In this document: one piece after another, positions 46,815 through 57,535 of the stretch
Numbering within the stretch: the stretch's first letter is position 1
How the letters are laid out: each line of letters opens with the position of its first letter
DNA from: an uncultured Gemmatimonadales bacterium
GTDB taxonomy: Bacteria > Gemmatimonadota > Gemmatimonadetes > Longimicrobiales > Gaopeijiaceae
Reading direction: 5' to 3'
Length of the DNA stretch: 64,000 nucleotides
NCBI GenBank assembly: GCA_963809895.1
Contig: CAWELD010000003.1
Location: 3,232,001-3,296,000, forward strand
Notes under the pieces: model-generated
Database searches by the model: none
Told to the model about the DNA's origin: nothing
The model's input: only the letters and a program-made list of their open reading frames with translations
Made by a program: the position numbers and the translations under genes

Positions 46815-47722
46815 GTGGTCTCGACTCGCAGTGATTTCATCGCCCCCGACGGGGTTCGCCTCTCCTTCGTGCGAGCAGGCGAGGAAGACCGCACGCTCCT
46901 GGTCCTCAACGGCTTCTACCTCTTCGAAGACTTCTCCTGGCTCGCCGAGAGCCGGACCGTGGTCGGGCTCGATCTCCGCAACCGCGGTCATTCGGAGTGG
47001 ATCCGAGATCCCTCGAAGCTCTCGCGTGGGGTTTGCAGGACGTGGACGACATCGAGGCGATGCGGCGGCACCTCGGGGTGGAGCGAGTCGACCTGCTCGC
47101 GCACTCCTACGCGGGCCTGGTGGCGATGCTCTACGCCATGAACCATCCATCCCACGTCGGTCGCGTCGTCCTGATCAGCCCCATGCAGCCCGACACGGAT
47201 GTGGAATACCCCGAAGCTCTGGCCAATCGCGACGCCATCCTGTCGGAGTTCGTCGCGGCGGCCGGCACGCTGCAGGTGCAAAGGAAGAGCTACTCGCCTC
47301 AGGAATTTTGCCAGGCCTTCTGGGAGCTCCTTCGCGGGCTGTACGTGTTCGATCCAACGGATGCCGGAAAGCTCCACCATTGGGAGGCATGCGATCTCGA
47401 CACGGAGCTCCATTTCATGCGCTACTGGTCCGAGTTTCTCATGCCCTCGATCCAGCGGCTCGACTTCGGCGCCGCGGGAACTGCCGAGGCGACCATGCCG
47501 ATCCTGGTGATCCACGGCACGAAGGATCGGAGCGCGCCCTATGGTGGCGGGCGGGATTGGGCGGGGCTCCTGCCGAACGCTCGCCTGCTTACGATAGAGG
47601 ATGTGGCTCACGCGCCCTGGATCGAGGCGCCGGGTGAGGTCCTGGAGCCTATCCGGACCTTCCTCGACGGTGCGTGGCCGGAGCGGGCCGAGCGCGTGCG
47701 CAGCTTCGCGCCGGCAGGTTAG
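46815..47722 (+). pseudogene. Alpha/beta hydrolase with a single frameshift near 47030 (possible homopolymer error)
   Basis: DLRNRGHS in one frame; AHSYAG...HGTKD...HAPW in the next. Confidence 0.8.
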
Positions 47723-47780
47723 CTTGCCCGCCGCAGACGACTCTGCGAACCCGACCGGCCATACCCCCTGCGAGGGTCCC

Positions 47781-49121
47781 ATGACGCAACTCCCCCTCTC
47801 CCGCCGCAACTTCCTCAAAGCCGGCGGCGCGGCCGCCGCGTTGGCGTCTCTCGGGGGATGCGAGACGAGCGTCGCCGATTCGAGCTCCGGGGGCGACTCG
47901 ACCTTCGACCTCTCCTCCATCCGGCCCCCCGTCGGCGCCACCCCCGAAGCGCTGGCCTCGAACCAGGCGTACTGGGCGACGGTCGCCGCGCAGTACGACG
48001 TTCTGGACGACGTCATCCAGCTCGAGAACGGAAACTGGGGGATGATGGCCCGCCCGGTGCTCGCGCGGTACGAGCGTCTCACCGAGATGGTCAACCGGAG
48101 GAACTCCTTCTACGCGCGCCGAGCGTATGGTGGAGACCTGAGTGGGGTCCGGAAACGGGTCGCCGACGCCCTGGGGGTGAGCGAGGACGAGATCGCACTG
48201 ACGCGGAACGCCACCGAGGCGCTGCAAGCGCTGATCGGAGGCTACAACCGCCTGCGCCCCGGCGATGCCGTGCTCTACGCGGACCTCGACTACGACAGCA
48301 TGCAGATGGCCATGGACTGGCTCCGTGCGCGGCGGGATGTGGAGGTGGTCACCTTCGACATTCCCGAGCCGGCCACGCGCCAGAATGTGCTGGACGCCTA
48401 CGCCGCGGCTCTGGAAGCCAATCCACGCATCCGCATGGTGCTGCTCACCCACCTGAGCCACCGCACCGGTCTGGTCCTGCCCATCGCGGACATCTCCGAT
48501 CTGGCCCGCCAGCACGGCGCCGACGCAATCGTCGACGCCGCCCATTCGTTCGGGCAGATGGACTTCGAGGTGGGCGACCTGAACGCCGACTTCGTCGGGT
48601 TCAACCTGCACAAGTGGATCGGCGCTCCCCTGGGCGTCGGCGTGATGTACATCGCCAGGGACCGCGTGGCGGACGTGGACCGCTACATGGCCGATCTGGA
48701 CAGGCCCGACGACCGTGTGACGTCCCGCGTCCACCCGGGCACGTCGAACTTCGCGGCCGTCCTGGCCGTGCCCGAGGCTCTGGAGTTCCACGAGGCCATC
48801 GGTGCGCCCTTCAAGGAGGCGCGTCTGAAGCACCTGCGAGCCCTGTGGGCCGAAGAGCTTCGGGGCCGCCCAGGCATCGAGATCCTCACGCCCGACGACC
48901 CGACCATGCACGCCGGCATCACGTCGTTTCGCCTCACTGGCCGCACCAGCGCCGACGACAACATCGAAGTGGCCCGGCGACTGCTGGACGAGAGCAATAT
49001 CTTCACCGTGCACCGTACCGGCGTCGCCGCCGGCGCGTGCGTGAGGGTAACCCCCGCCCTGTTCACGTCGGAAGATGATGTGACGGCGCTGCGTGAGGCA
49101 TTGGTGAGGATGACGGCCTGA
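47781..49121 (+). CDS. Class V aminotransferase (isopenicillin-N-epimerase-like) with Tat signal
   Basis: SRRNFLK; TRNATE; VDAAHSFG; NLHKW (PLP lysine). Confidence 0.9.
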   Translation: MTQLPLSRRNFLKAGGAAAALASLGGCETSVADSSSGGDSTFDLSSIRPPVGATPEALASNQAYWATVAAQYDVLDDVIQLENGNWGMMARPVLARYERLTEMVNRRNSFYARRAYGGDLSGVRKRVADALGVSEDEIALTRNATEALQALIGGYNRLRPGDAVLYADLDYDSMQMAMDWLRARRDVEVVTFDIPEPATRQNVLDAYAAALEANPRIRMVLLTHLSHRTGLVLPIADISDLARQHGADAIVDAAHSFGQMDFEVGDLNADFVGFNLHKWIGAPLGVGVMYIARDRVADVDRYMADLDRPDDRVTSRVHPGTSNFAAVLAVPEALEFHEAIGAPFKEARLKHLRALWAEELRGRPGIEILTPDDPTMHAGITSFRLTGRTSADDNIEVARRLLDESNIFTVHRTGVAAGACVRVTPALFTSEDDVTALREALVRMTA

Positions 49122-49131
49122 GGAGGCGAGC

Positions 49132-50475
49132 GTGCCCAGACTGAGTCTGTTGATCGCGCCCTGCGTGGCGGGCGGGGGCGCGATGAGCCACGGTCAGCCG
49201 CCGGGTTGCCGGAGAAGCCCCCACGACATCGCACTGGCGTGCTTCGTCGCCACGCTGGCCCTCAGCGCCTGTAGCAGCGGCGCTGCCGACCGCGCCGGAG
49301 ACGGCTGGACCGCGACCGTCGACACCGTCGCCGGCATCGTGCACGTCGTGAACACTCCACCGGCAGGTGGCGCGGAGCCTACGCTCGTGGGCGAAGAGGA
49401 TCTCAGAATCGGCACGATGGAAGGAGGGCTGCCCACCGCGTTCGGCCTCATTCGTGCCATCGCGGTGCTGCCCGACGGCCGGATTGCGGTCGCGGACGCG
49501 CAGGCGTCGGAGGTGCGCGTGTTCGCCAGTGACGGACGGCACCTGAAGACCTTCGGTGGCCAAGGTCAGGGACCCGGAGAGCTCGCGGGGATGCAGGGCG
49601 TGCATGTGTACCGGGGGATGCTGCGCGTCGCCGAGCAAGCGAACGGCAGGCTCTCCGTGTTCGATCCGGACACCGGCTTCGTCCGCACATACCCGCTCCA
49701 ACTCCACAGCTACAGCTTCAGGGGACCGTGGAAAGCGGCCGTGGACTCCGAGGGCCGCACTCTCGTGGCATCGGCGGGTCAGTATGGTGAAGGCCGGTTC
49801 TGGAACATGGTGCGAGTCTATGACTCCGCCATGGTCCAGATCGACTCCCTTCCCTATCACGACTACACGGACGAGGGCCAGGCCGACGAGCTTCCCGGCT
49901 ATTGGAGGGTGAACCTCGGGAGCAACGCCTGGTCCTGGGCACCCATTCCCTTCTACGCCCAGGCGCAGGAGGTCCTGGCACCGACGGGAGAGTTCTGGAC
50001 CACGACAGCGGGGAGTCCCCAGCTCGAGGTCGCGCGGTGGAGCCCGCCTGCGGACACCTCGCTGGTCATCACGAGTCAGCGCATGGGGGACCCGGTAACG
50101 CCCGCCGAGCGAGACTCCGCCATCAGTGCGCTGCGGGAGAGCCTCTCGGACCGAGGGGGGAGTGCACCAGCCGCGAATGCATCGAGTATCCCCGCCACGA
50201 AGCCGACGGCCTACGGGCTATCGCTGGATGACCAGGGTCGGGTCTGGGTGCGCCTCACGGAGCCGACCCGGGACACGACAGCCTACGATGTCTTCACCCC
50301 GGATGGTCGCCACGCCGCCACCGTGCGGCTGCCGTTCCGCGTCGATCCCTCGATACCTCCGGTGGTGCGGGGCGAGATCGTGTGGGCGGTAGTCGTTGAC
50401 GACGTGGAGGTGCAGTACGTGGTCCGAGCCGGGCTGCGGCCTGTCGGACGGTCGAATTCGACAACGGAGGACTAG
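49132..50475 (+). CDS. 6-bladed beta-propeller lipoprotein (start may be 49183)
   Basis: LSAC; FGGQGQGPGEL; DDQGRVWV; YDVF. Confidence 0.82.
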   Translation: MPRLSLLIAPCVAGGGAMSHGQPPGCRRSPHDIALACFVATLALSACSSGAADRAGDGWTATVDTVAGIVHVVNTPPAGGAEPTLVGEEDLRIGTMEGGLPTAFGLIRAIAVLPDGRIAVADAQASEVRVFASDGRHLKTFGGQGQGPGELAGMQGVHVYRGMLRVAEQANGRLSVFDPDTGFVRTYPLQLHSYSFRGPWKAAVDSEGRTLVASAGQYGEGRFWNMVRVYDSAMVQIDSLPYHDYTDEGQADELPGYWRVNLGSNAWSWAPIPFYAQAQEVLAPTGEFWTTTAGSPQLEVARWSPPADTSLVITSQRMGDPVTPAERDSAISALRESLSDRGGSAPAANASSIPATKPTAYGLSLDDQGRVWVRLTEPTRDTTAYDVFTPDGRHAATVRLPFRVDPSIPPVVRGEIVWAVVVDDVEVQYVVRAGLRPVGRSNSTTED

Positions 50476-50476
50476 C

Positions 50477-50968
50477 TTGTCTTTGCTCAAGCGGTTGCGT
50501 GGCGCCATCAAGACGGGTCTGACGTGGGGCGCCTCCTGGGGAGTGTTTGGTGCCGTCCTCCATGGCGTGGCTGTAGCGTTCGGCTGGAGGGAGATCATTC
50601 TGCCTGCCTTGATCGACGATGTGCTCGCCTTCTCCGCCCTGGGATTGATCGGGGGAACCGTCTACTCCGCTGGCTTGGTCCTTTCCGAGCGGGGCCGGTC
50701 CATCGAGCATCTCCGGATCGGAAGGTTCGCGCTCTGGGGATTGGTCGCGGGCCTCGTGGGTCCGGTGGGGATCTGGATCTTGGGCGGAAACTCGTCCTGG
50801 ATCAGCCTGAGCACCGCGTGGTCCTTCTACGTCGGGACGGCGATGTTGGGCGCCGGGAGCGGCGGCACCATGGCGGCGATCGCGCGCGCAGCGGCGCGAG
50901 ATGCTCTTGGGGACGCAGACCCCGATGCGGTGCTGGACGATGTGGCGAGTGGCGTTGCCCGGGTATGA
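50477..50968 (+). CDS. Hypothetical membrane protein (paralog of 57536)
   Basis: LKRLRGAIKTGLTWG...RFALWG. Confidence 0.7.
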   Translation: MSLLKRLRGAIKTGLTWGASWGVFGAVLHGVAVAFGWREIILPALIDDVLAFSALGLIGGTVYSAGLVLSERGRSIEHLRIGRFALWGLVAGLVGPVGIWILGGNSSWISLSTAWSFYVGTAMLGAGSGGTMAAIARAAARDALGDADPDAVLDDVASGVARV

Positions 50969-51013
50969 GCCGTCGCGCCAGCCTCTCCGACGTCCCGGAT
51001 TCCGACGCGTAGC

Positions 51014-52111
51014 ATGGCGTCCCTCACCGACGCCCAGCGGAACGCGATCTCACACGTCGAGGGCCACGCACTCGCGATGCGCCCAGAAGCAGACGCGGCT
51101 CTCCGCGAAGCTCTGCGCGCGTACTCCGTGTCCGATGAGGTCTACGGGTCCGCCATGGCGCGGCTCCGACGCGAAGCCCGGGTCGCACTCGCATTTCATC
51201 CGGATCGCCTGACGCGGAGCGGTCGCACCGTCGCTCAGGGGCTCCTCGCGGACGGGCAGTACCGCAATCAGTTCGAGACCGGAGTGTCGAGCGGCAGCAC
51301 GTCCGGCTTCGCAGGGGGACGACGCGACGAATGGGAGCGCTCGCTGTTCGGAGGTCACTACCACCAGGACGGCGTCTCCTGGGAAGAGCGACCCAAGTAC
51401 GGCGCTCTCCAGTTGGTGGACCATCCCGACGGCCCGTGTCCGCGCTTCGGCTCCTGCTACCTGGTGCTCCGCTCGTCGGTGTCGGCGCGGTGCACGTTCA
51501 CTCCGCTGGGTAGCCAGGGGAGTCGCGCCGCCGAGCAGAGCGGCACCCTCGACGTGTTCGAGCCCGTCTTACTCGCACTGGCCCACCATCTGGCCAGCGT
51601 CCCCGATGCCCTCGGGTGCGAGGGACTCGATCTCGGAGAACTCGTCACTCGCATGAGCGCCGCGCTGCCGTTCGCTCCCCCTGGGGGATCCCCCGGACGA
51701 ATGGGACGAGCATTGGACAGCTTCGTCGAAGCACAGGTCCACGGCCCCATCGAGCTCGGCCGTGATGCGGAGAGGCTCGTGGCTGACGCCTCGTTTCGGG
51801 GGACTCACGTTGCTGAGTCCCTCGAAGCGCTGTCATCGACCTACGGCATCCCCCTGAGCTGGCACCCGGGCTTCGCACTCTCTGCCCGAGCGTTCCCAGA
51901 CGAATTCCGAGGCTTCGAGATCCGGCGCGTGGCAGAGCGTGTGGCGGTCGCTGGCAGGGTCGACGCGGCGAGCCTCGGAGCTGGCGAGAACGATTTCAGG
52001 ACGAATCCTGAGGCGTGGCACGGATTCGGCTCGACGTCGGAGATCCTCACGAAGTTCCGGCGCGTGTGGCATGTCCTGGTGCTCCGGGGGACGCCGGCCT
52101 CAGCGAGTTGA
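51014..52111 (+). CDS. DUF3626 domain protein
   Basis: FHPDR...G.YRNQFETG.S...WE..LFGG...ERPKYGAL...RFGSC...EAQVHG. Confidence 0.85.
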   Translation: MASLTDAQRNAISHVEGHALAMRPEADAALREALRAYSVSDEVYGSAMARLRREARVALAFHPDRLTRSGRTVAQGLLADGQYRNQFETGVSSGSTSGFAGGRRDEWERSLFGGHYHQDGVSWEERPKYGALQLVDHPDGPCPRFGSCYLVLRSSVSARCTFTPLGSQGSRAAEQSGTLDVFEPVLLALAHHLASVPDALGCEGLDLGELVTRMSAALPFAPPGGSPGRMGRALDSFVEAQVHGPIELGRDAERLVADASFRGTHVAESLEALSSTYGIPLSWHPGFALSARAFPDEFRGFEIRRVAERVAVAGRVDAASLGAGENDFRTNPEAWHGFGSTSEILTKFRRVWHVLVLRGTPASAS

Positions 52112-52117
52112 AAGACC

Positions 52118-53932
52118 TCAGGTGCTCGGAGTTCCCGGGAAATACACACTGAAGGTGGTCCCCTTCCCGGGGACCGAGCGTACCGACACGGCTGCCTCGT
52201 GGACGCGCAGGATGCCCATGAGCGTTGCGAGTCCCAACCCGCGACCCGTAAAGCGCGTGGAAAAGAAGGGATCGAAGATCTGATCCTCGATAGAGGGGTG
52301 GATTCCCTCACCGTCATCGCTCACAGAGAGCACCACGAACCCGTCGGGGGCGGGCTCGGGAGTATAGTCGGCAACCAGGCCTCCAGGCAGCGTCGACTTC
52401 TGGTCCGTGCGGACCTCGACGGTGCCCCTTCGCTCCCCGATCGCGTCGGCACCGTTGCCGACCAGGATCTCCAGGACCTCGGCCACCAGCTCCGGATCGG
52501 CCGACACCGGCGGCAATTCAGCAGCTCCCGGCGAGTAGCGTAGCTTCACACTGGCCGGCTGTGTGCAGCGCAGTTCCTCACAGTGCTTGCGCACTGCGTC
52601 GCCCAGGTCCAGCGCGTGGCGGCGACCGCCGAGCTGTCCCAGATAGACGAGCATTTGCCGCGTGAGCCGCGCGGCCTTGTGCGCGGCCGTGGCCACCTCT
52701 TCCACGAAGACTCGAGCCGATGAATCCGGCGGGAGATCTTGCCTGAGAAGCTCGATGTTCCCGAGGATCCCGGTGAGAAGGTTGTTGAAGTCGTGGGCCA
52801 ACCCCGCCGCCATGCGCGACGTGGCCTTGCGCTTCTGTGTCTGACGGAGTTCCCGCTCCAGACGTACCCACTCGGTGACATCCAGGAGCTGGGCGATACG
52901 CTGATCCGTGCCCCCGACCTCTGCAACGTGCACCAGTACCTGGCGTGCCTGGCCGGTCCGGGTGAACAACCCTACAGGCGCGCTCGCTCCATCGACGCCG
53001 GTCCCGGACCCGAAGGAATCTGTGAGGCGCCCGCGATCTTCCGGACGCACGAATTCGTCCAGTGCAAGGCCCGGAAGCTCGTCGGGTCCGAACGCCACCA
53101 GGCGTGCCAACGCCTCATTGGCGCGGAGGATCGTGCCTTCGGGGCCGAGCAGCGCCATACCCACGGGAGCGGACGCGAACGCCCGACGGAAGCGCTCTTC
53201 GCTCACGAGCAGAGCCTCGTACGTCCGTCGGTGTTCGGTCGTGAGCAGCAGGTAGTAGCCGAGGCCGATACCGGCCTGCCAAACGGTATCCCAGGCGAAC
53301 GCCCAACCGGACCCGTACCACGCCAGAAAGACACCGCTGGGATCCCCTCCCCCGACGACCGTCAGTAGCTGGTGCAACGCCATGCCGCCGTACACCGCCT
53401 GATTCGCTCCGTACAAGGCGAAGGACGATGCGGTCACCAGCGTGGCGAGATCTGGCCTCCCCTCACGTCTCCGGAGGAGTTGGAGGGCACAGGCGCCGAA
53501 GACGGCCGCCATGCCCAGCCCGCGCGGCGCCACACGGCCAGCGATGGCGACGGTCGCCTGATCCTGGAGAGAAGGCAGAGACAGATCCAAGCCCAGCGCC
53601 AGCAAAGAGGTCGTGAGCAGCGCCAGGATGACGGTGCGCCGGGATGGACTCACCCCCCGTCGCATCTCGTACACGCCCAGGCCGAAGAGTGTCACCTGCA
53701 GCAGACCCCCCTGCGAACCCACCAACTCGAGGGGATTCCTTCCGTTGTCGAGAGAGGCCAGGACGGTCACACGGAAGACCACCATACCGCCGGCGAAGGC
53801 CAGCCAACCCCACGTCCACCAACGAAACTCGCGCTTGCCCGCACCCGTGTGATCCAGGGTCCAGGAGAGGACGAACAGCACGAGAGTGAGGGCGAGCTGG
53901 ATGTCCGCCGGCCCGACGAATGATGTGGCCAT
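52118..53932 (-). CDS. Membrane PAS sensor histidine kinase (no receiver domain)
   Basis: Multiple TM helices, PAS domain, AHDFNNLL, N box, DDGEG, FDPFFSTRFTGRGLGL. Confidence 0.9.
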   Translation of the reverse strand: MATSFVGPADIQLALTLVLFVLSWTLDHTGAGKREFRWWTWGWLAFAGGMVVFRVTVLASLDNGRNPLELVGSQGGLLQVTLFGLGVYEMRRGVSPSRRTVILALLTTSLLALGLDLSLPSLQDQATVAIAGRVAPRGLGMAAVFGACALQLLRRREGRPDLATLVTASSFALYGANQAVYGGMALHQLLTVVGGGDPSGVFLAWYGSGWAFAWDTVWQAGIGLGYYLLLTTEHRRTYEALLVSEERFRRAFASAPVGMALLGPEGTILRANEALARLVAFGPDELPGLALDEFVRPEDRGRLTDSFGSGTGVDGASAPVGLFTRTGQARQVLVHVAEVGGTDQRIAQLLDVTEWVRLERELRQTQKRKATSRMAAGLAHDFNNLLTGILGNIELLRQDLPPDSSARVFVEEVATAAHKAARLTRQMLVYLGQLGGRRHALDLGDAVRKHCEELRCTQPASVKLRYSPGAAELPPVSADPELVAEVLEILVGNGADAIGERRGTVEVRTDQKSTLPGGLVADYTPEPAPDGFVVLSVSDDGEGIHPSIEDQIFDPFFSTRFTGRGLGLATLMGILRVHEAAVSVRSVPGKGTTFSVYFPGTPST

Positions 53933-54384
53933 CTGGTTGGTTGGCGGTGCGCGACGCAATCCGTCCCGCACTCGGACTTGAGCCTGGACGATCGTGCAAG
54001 GTATCTACAACAGACCGAACCAACGACACCCTTGCACCGTCGGGATTTCAGCGCAGAACTTGCGATGAACGTCCGCATCGGAGGAGGTCGAGCGCCTCGA
54101 GACCGGGCGGAAGAAGCCGGCTGCGCTCGAGGCCACACGATCATGAGCGACTGATCCATGGAGTATTTCTGGTACACAGGCCGGAGGACTCTCATCCGCC
54201 TCCGATCGTGCGTGAGCCGAGTGAGCTTCGCGCCTCCGATCGCGTGGCGATCTCGTGTACGCAGATCGGGTGGCCCGCGTCACGCCAGGCCTTCTCCATC
54301 GCGGCCCTGTTTGCCGCCCTTGCGTGCGGTGACGTGTCCTCCACGCGTGCGTATCCACCGGATCCTCAGGGACTGATCTGCCAC

Positions 54385-55620
54385 GTGAGCCGCTCGCGCT
54401 CCCCGCGCCTCGCCTGCATCCTCCTGCTCACCCTCGCCGCCTGCGGCGAGCCGCCCGCGAGCAGCGGGGTCACCGCCGCCCGCGACAGCGCAGGCGTCAC
54501 CATCACAGAGCCGTCTCCACCCTATCCGGCCTTGTCGCTGAGCCCGACGCCCGTCCTGCGCATCGGTGTGGTCAACGGCGACCCCGAGTATCAGCTCTCG
54601 AGGGTGGCGTACGCAGCGCGGCTTTCCGACGGGGGAGTCGTGCTCATCGATGGTGCCTCCGCGGAGGTCCGGTGGTACGGTGCCGACGGCACCTTCCGGG
54701 CCCGGGCCGGAGGCCGAGGCGAAGGACCGGGGGACCTTCTCTGGGTGGTCGGCGCCACGCTGACTCCCGAAGACACACTGGTGTTGTACGACGCGAGGAA
54801 CCAGCGACTGAGCTGGTTCGGGCCTGATGGCACGCTGGCTCGGACGCACCGTCTTGCCCTGGCGTCGGACATGGAACTCCACGCCCTTCGAGCCGGACGA
54901 CTCCTCCTCACCGAGGAGCGGCATACCCTGAACATCGGCGGACGCCAATACAATCCCGCCCGGGACACGATGCGGGTCCTGCTCACGTCCAGCGCCGCCG
55001 AGACCGTGGACACCGTGATGCAGCTTCCCGGGCAGGAAGCGGCGACCTGGGTGGACTACGTCGACGGTACGCCGACCGCCACGCGGCAGTTCGGCGTCCC
55101 CTACGGCCAGGTGACGTTGGTCGGCGGCGCCGGGGACCGAATCGCGGTGGTGTATAGCGGACGCCATGATCTGGCCCTCCTCGACGAGAGTGGCACGCTC
55201 CGGCGGCTCACCCGCCGCCAGGATGTGAATCCCCCCGGCGTCACCGCCTCGCTCCGACGAGAGTACGTGACCTCTGCCGTGGACCAGGCCGAAGAGCGGG
55301 GGATGGCAGCGGGGCCTGCAGAGGAAGGAGCGGAAGAGCTCATCGACCTCCTGCCCGAGGGGCGGACCGTGCCCGCGTTCGACCGGCTCCTTTCCGCCGC
55401 CGTCGACGAACAGATCTGGCTGCGAGACTTCCTGCCCGAATGGCGCTCCCAGCAGGCGCGACGCTGGACGATCCACGATCTGAGTGGCAAGGTGGTCGGT
55501 CAGGTAACCACCCCAGCCGATCTCGAGTTGATCCACGTAGGAAGGGGGTACCTCGTGGGGCTGGAGCGCGACGGAATGGGCGTGGAGCACGTGGCAGTCT
55601 ACTCCCTCGACAGGAGCTGA
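54385..55620 (+). CDS. 6-bladed beta-propeller lipoprotein
   Basis: LAAC; RDSAGVTI; GGRGEGPGD. Confidence 0.82.
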   Translation: MSRSRSPRLACILLLTLAACGEPPASSGVTAARDSAGVTITEPSPPYPALSLSPTPVLRIGVVNGDPEYQLSRVAYAARLSDGGVVLIDGASAEVRWYGADGTFRARAGGRGEGPGDLLWVVGATLTPEDTLVLYDARNQRLSWFGPDGTLARTHRLALASDMELHALRAGRLLLTEERHTLNIGGRQYNPARDTMRVLLTSSAAETVDTVMQLPGQEAATWVDYVDGTPTATRQFGVPYGQVTLVGGAGDRIAVVYSGRHDLALLDESGTLRRLTRRQDVNPPGVTASLRREYVTSAVDQAEERGMAAGPAEEGAEELIDLLPEGRTVPAFDRLLSAAVDEQIWLRDFLPEWRSQQARRWTIHDLSGKVVGQVTTPADLELIHVGRGYLVGLERDGMGVEHVAVYSLDRS

Positions 55621-55665
55621 CCCCACTAGTTCATGTACCCGGATCGCGTTAGGCCGGCCCCCCGA

Positions 55666-56104
55666 CTAGGCGTTCGACCCCCGGCTCTTCGGCACTGCGG
55701 TGCGCGTGTTGTAGGCGATGGCTCGGCGCAGCATCGCCTCCAGGGCGGCTGTGTCGATCTCGTCATCCTCGGCGATGTCGATGGCCCGCCACTTGTTGCC
55801 GCCCAGGCCCGCGTTGAAGAGGCCGTCGGGATCGTCGAGTTGCGCACCGTGAAAGAAGGTCAGCTTCACCTTCTTCTTGTGCGCGTTGCCGACCAGGTAC
55901 ATCCCCTCGTGTGACCAGACGGGCGCGCCCCGCCACTTCCAGTCCTCGACCACCTCGGGATCCACCTCGTGGATGAGCGCGCGGATCTGCGCCAGCCGCT
56001 CGCCTCGCCAGTCGTCCAACTCGGCGATCATCCGGTCGATCCGCGCCGGTGCTCCCCCGGAGTCCCCGCATCCCGCATCTCTCTTTCGTCGATTTGCTCG
56101 CCAT
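55666..56104 (-). CDS. DUF1801 (YdhG-like) protein, apparent frameshift near the 5' end
   Basis: DWRGERL..IR.LI...DP...E.WKW...PVW. Confidence 0.82.
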
Positions 56105-56130
56105 CGTAGTTGCTCCGGCCCGGTGTGTCG

Positions 56131-56559
56131 CTAAGGCGTCCAATCACGCAGCGCCGCCGCTTGCTCGATCCACGACGTCCACTGCGCTTCATCGATCTCT
56201 TCTCCCTCGTGGACGTGGGCATACCGCGTGTCCTCGCTCTTCGATTCCACCGGGGGCGGCGGACGGAGCGACGAGCCACGAAAGAACGCCACCTTGATGT
56301 ACTTCGTGTAGCAATGGAAGCTGAGGAACCAGCCCTGACCTTCGACGCCGTAGAAGGGCGAATTCCATTTCACGGCCTTGCGCACATCCGGGACGGTCCG
56401 CGTGACGAGGGCATCCAACCGACGACCGACGTCACGCTTCCAATCGGGCATGGCCGCGATGTAGGCCTGGACCGGGGCGTCGCCGTCCCCCTTCGGGATC
56501 TGGGGATTCCCGCCCGCGAGCAGGACCGGCTTCCTCGGCTTCGAGTCCTTGGCACTCAT
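56131..56559 (-). CDS. DUF1801 protein
   Basis: LLAGGNPQIPKGDGDAPVQAYIAAMP.WK...KAVKWNSPFYG. Confidence 0.88.
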   Translation of the reverse strand: MSAKDSKPRKPVLLAGGNPQIPKGDGDAPVQAYIAAMPDWKRDVGRRLDALVTRTVPDVRKAVKWNSPFYGVEGQGWFLSFHCYTKYIKVAFFRGSSLRPPPPVESKSEDTRYAHVHEGEEIDEAQWTSWIEQAAALRDWTP

Positions 56560-56987
56560 GACCGCCGCACGCCACGCCGCACCACGTCTCCGAGCGCGCC
56601 GAGCATCTTCTCCCACCCGAGCTCCGCGCCCCTGAAGGCGGCCTTACTCCACGGCTCGACGACCTCGAAGCCGCTCTGCTCGAAGAAGAGACGCGTCCCG
56701 TCACCCTCGGGCTCGAGCTGGAAGCTCACCCGGGTATCCAGGCCCGCCGCAGCCCACGAGTAGACGAGACGGGAGGGCGCCTCGCACTCCAGCACCTCGC
56801 AGTGGATCAAGCCGTCGAAGCCCACCTTGGGATTGGGTTGGGACTCGAGAGTGAAGCGGTGTCCCACCCGGGGCTCGAAGTCGTTGGGCATGAGCCAATC
56901 GGCCATGGCCTCGCTCTCGGTGAGCGCGCGCCACACGTCGGTCGGAGGATGGGGAAGGAAATGCTCTCGTTGGATGCTCTTGGTCAT
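56556..56987 (-). CDS. SRPBCC/AHSA1 domain protein
   Basis: VWRALT...WLMPNDFEPRVGHRF...RLVYSW...GW. Confidence 0.9.
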   Translation of the reverse strand: MTKSIQREHFLPHPPTDVWRALTESEAMADWLMPNDFEPRVGHRFTLESQPNPKVGFDGLIHCEVLECEAPSRLVYSWAAAGLDTRVSFQLEPEGDGTRLFFEQSGFEVVEPWSKAAFRGAELGWEKMLGALGDVVRRGVRRS

Positions 56988-57319
56988 TCCTTCGTACTCG
57001 CCTTCGCCAGGTGGACCTGGAGTCGTTGGAGGTGGTCGTCCCAGAATTGCTCGTAGTGAGCGATCCAGTCGCGCACCACCACGAGGGGATCGGGGGTCAG
57101 ACGGTAGCGCCGCTCCCGGCCGCGGCGCTCCTCGGTAACCAGACCGGCGTCCAGGAGCACCCGCAGGTGTTGCGAGACCGCCGGCCGGCTCATCTCGAAC
57201 TCCCCGGCCAGGGCGTGCACGGGCCGCTCGCCCTCGACCAGAAGGTCGAGCATGCGACGCCGCGCCGGGTGGCTGATGGCGCCGAAGATTGCCGTCGCCC
57301 GCTCCGTCATCTGAACCAT
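56984..57319 (-). CDS. ArsR/SmtB family regulator
   Basis: IFGAISHPARRRMLDLL...SRPAVSQHLRVL..AGLV...GRER.Y. Confidence 0.92.
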   Translation of the reverse strand: MVQMTERATAIFGAISHPARRRMLDLLVEGERPVHALAGEFEMSRPAVSQHLRVLLDAGLVTEERRGRERRYRLTPDPLVVVRDWIAHYEQFWDDHLQRLQVHLAKASTKE

Positions 57320-57325
57320 GGCCCG

Positions 57326-57355
57326 AAAATACGTAAGCACTTTCTTACATGTCAA
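57326..57355 (-). promoter_or_regulatory. Sigma70 promoter with operator for the arsR operon
   Basis: Minus strand TTGACA-N18-TATTTT; palindrome GTAAG-N6-CTTAC in the spacer. Confidence 0.7.
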
Positions 57356-57457
57356 TCCTGGGAGCGTGTGAGAGCGGCAGCCGGTCCGTCCTGCATCGTC
57401 GACCTCACTCAGCGCTACGAGATAGCCGGAGACCTGGCCGGCCAGGCGGAGATCGAC

Positions 57458-57500
57458 TTGACCCGGGTCCCACCGCAAGAATACTTTGTGACGCAGAGTA
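57458..57500 (+). promoter_or_regulatory. Putative promoter/operator
   Basis: TTGACC-N18-TACTTT; imperfect palindrome TACTTTG-N5-CAGAGTA. Confidence 0.45.
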
Positions 57501-57535
57501 CTGTGCACCAACACTGGATCGCAACGGATGGCAGC

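Noticed and set aside
55648..55654. Perfect GTTAGGC core site
   Set aside because: There is no upstream inverse core or hairpin, and it sits between convergent genes.
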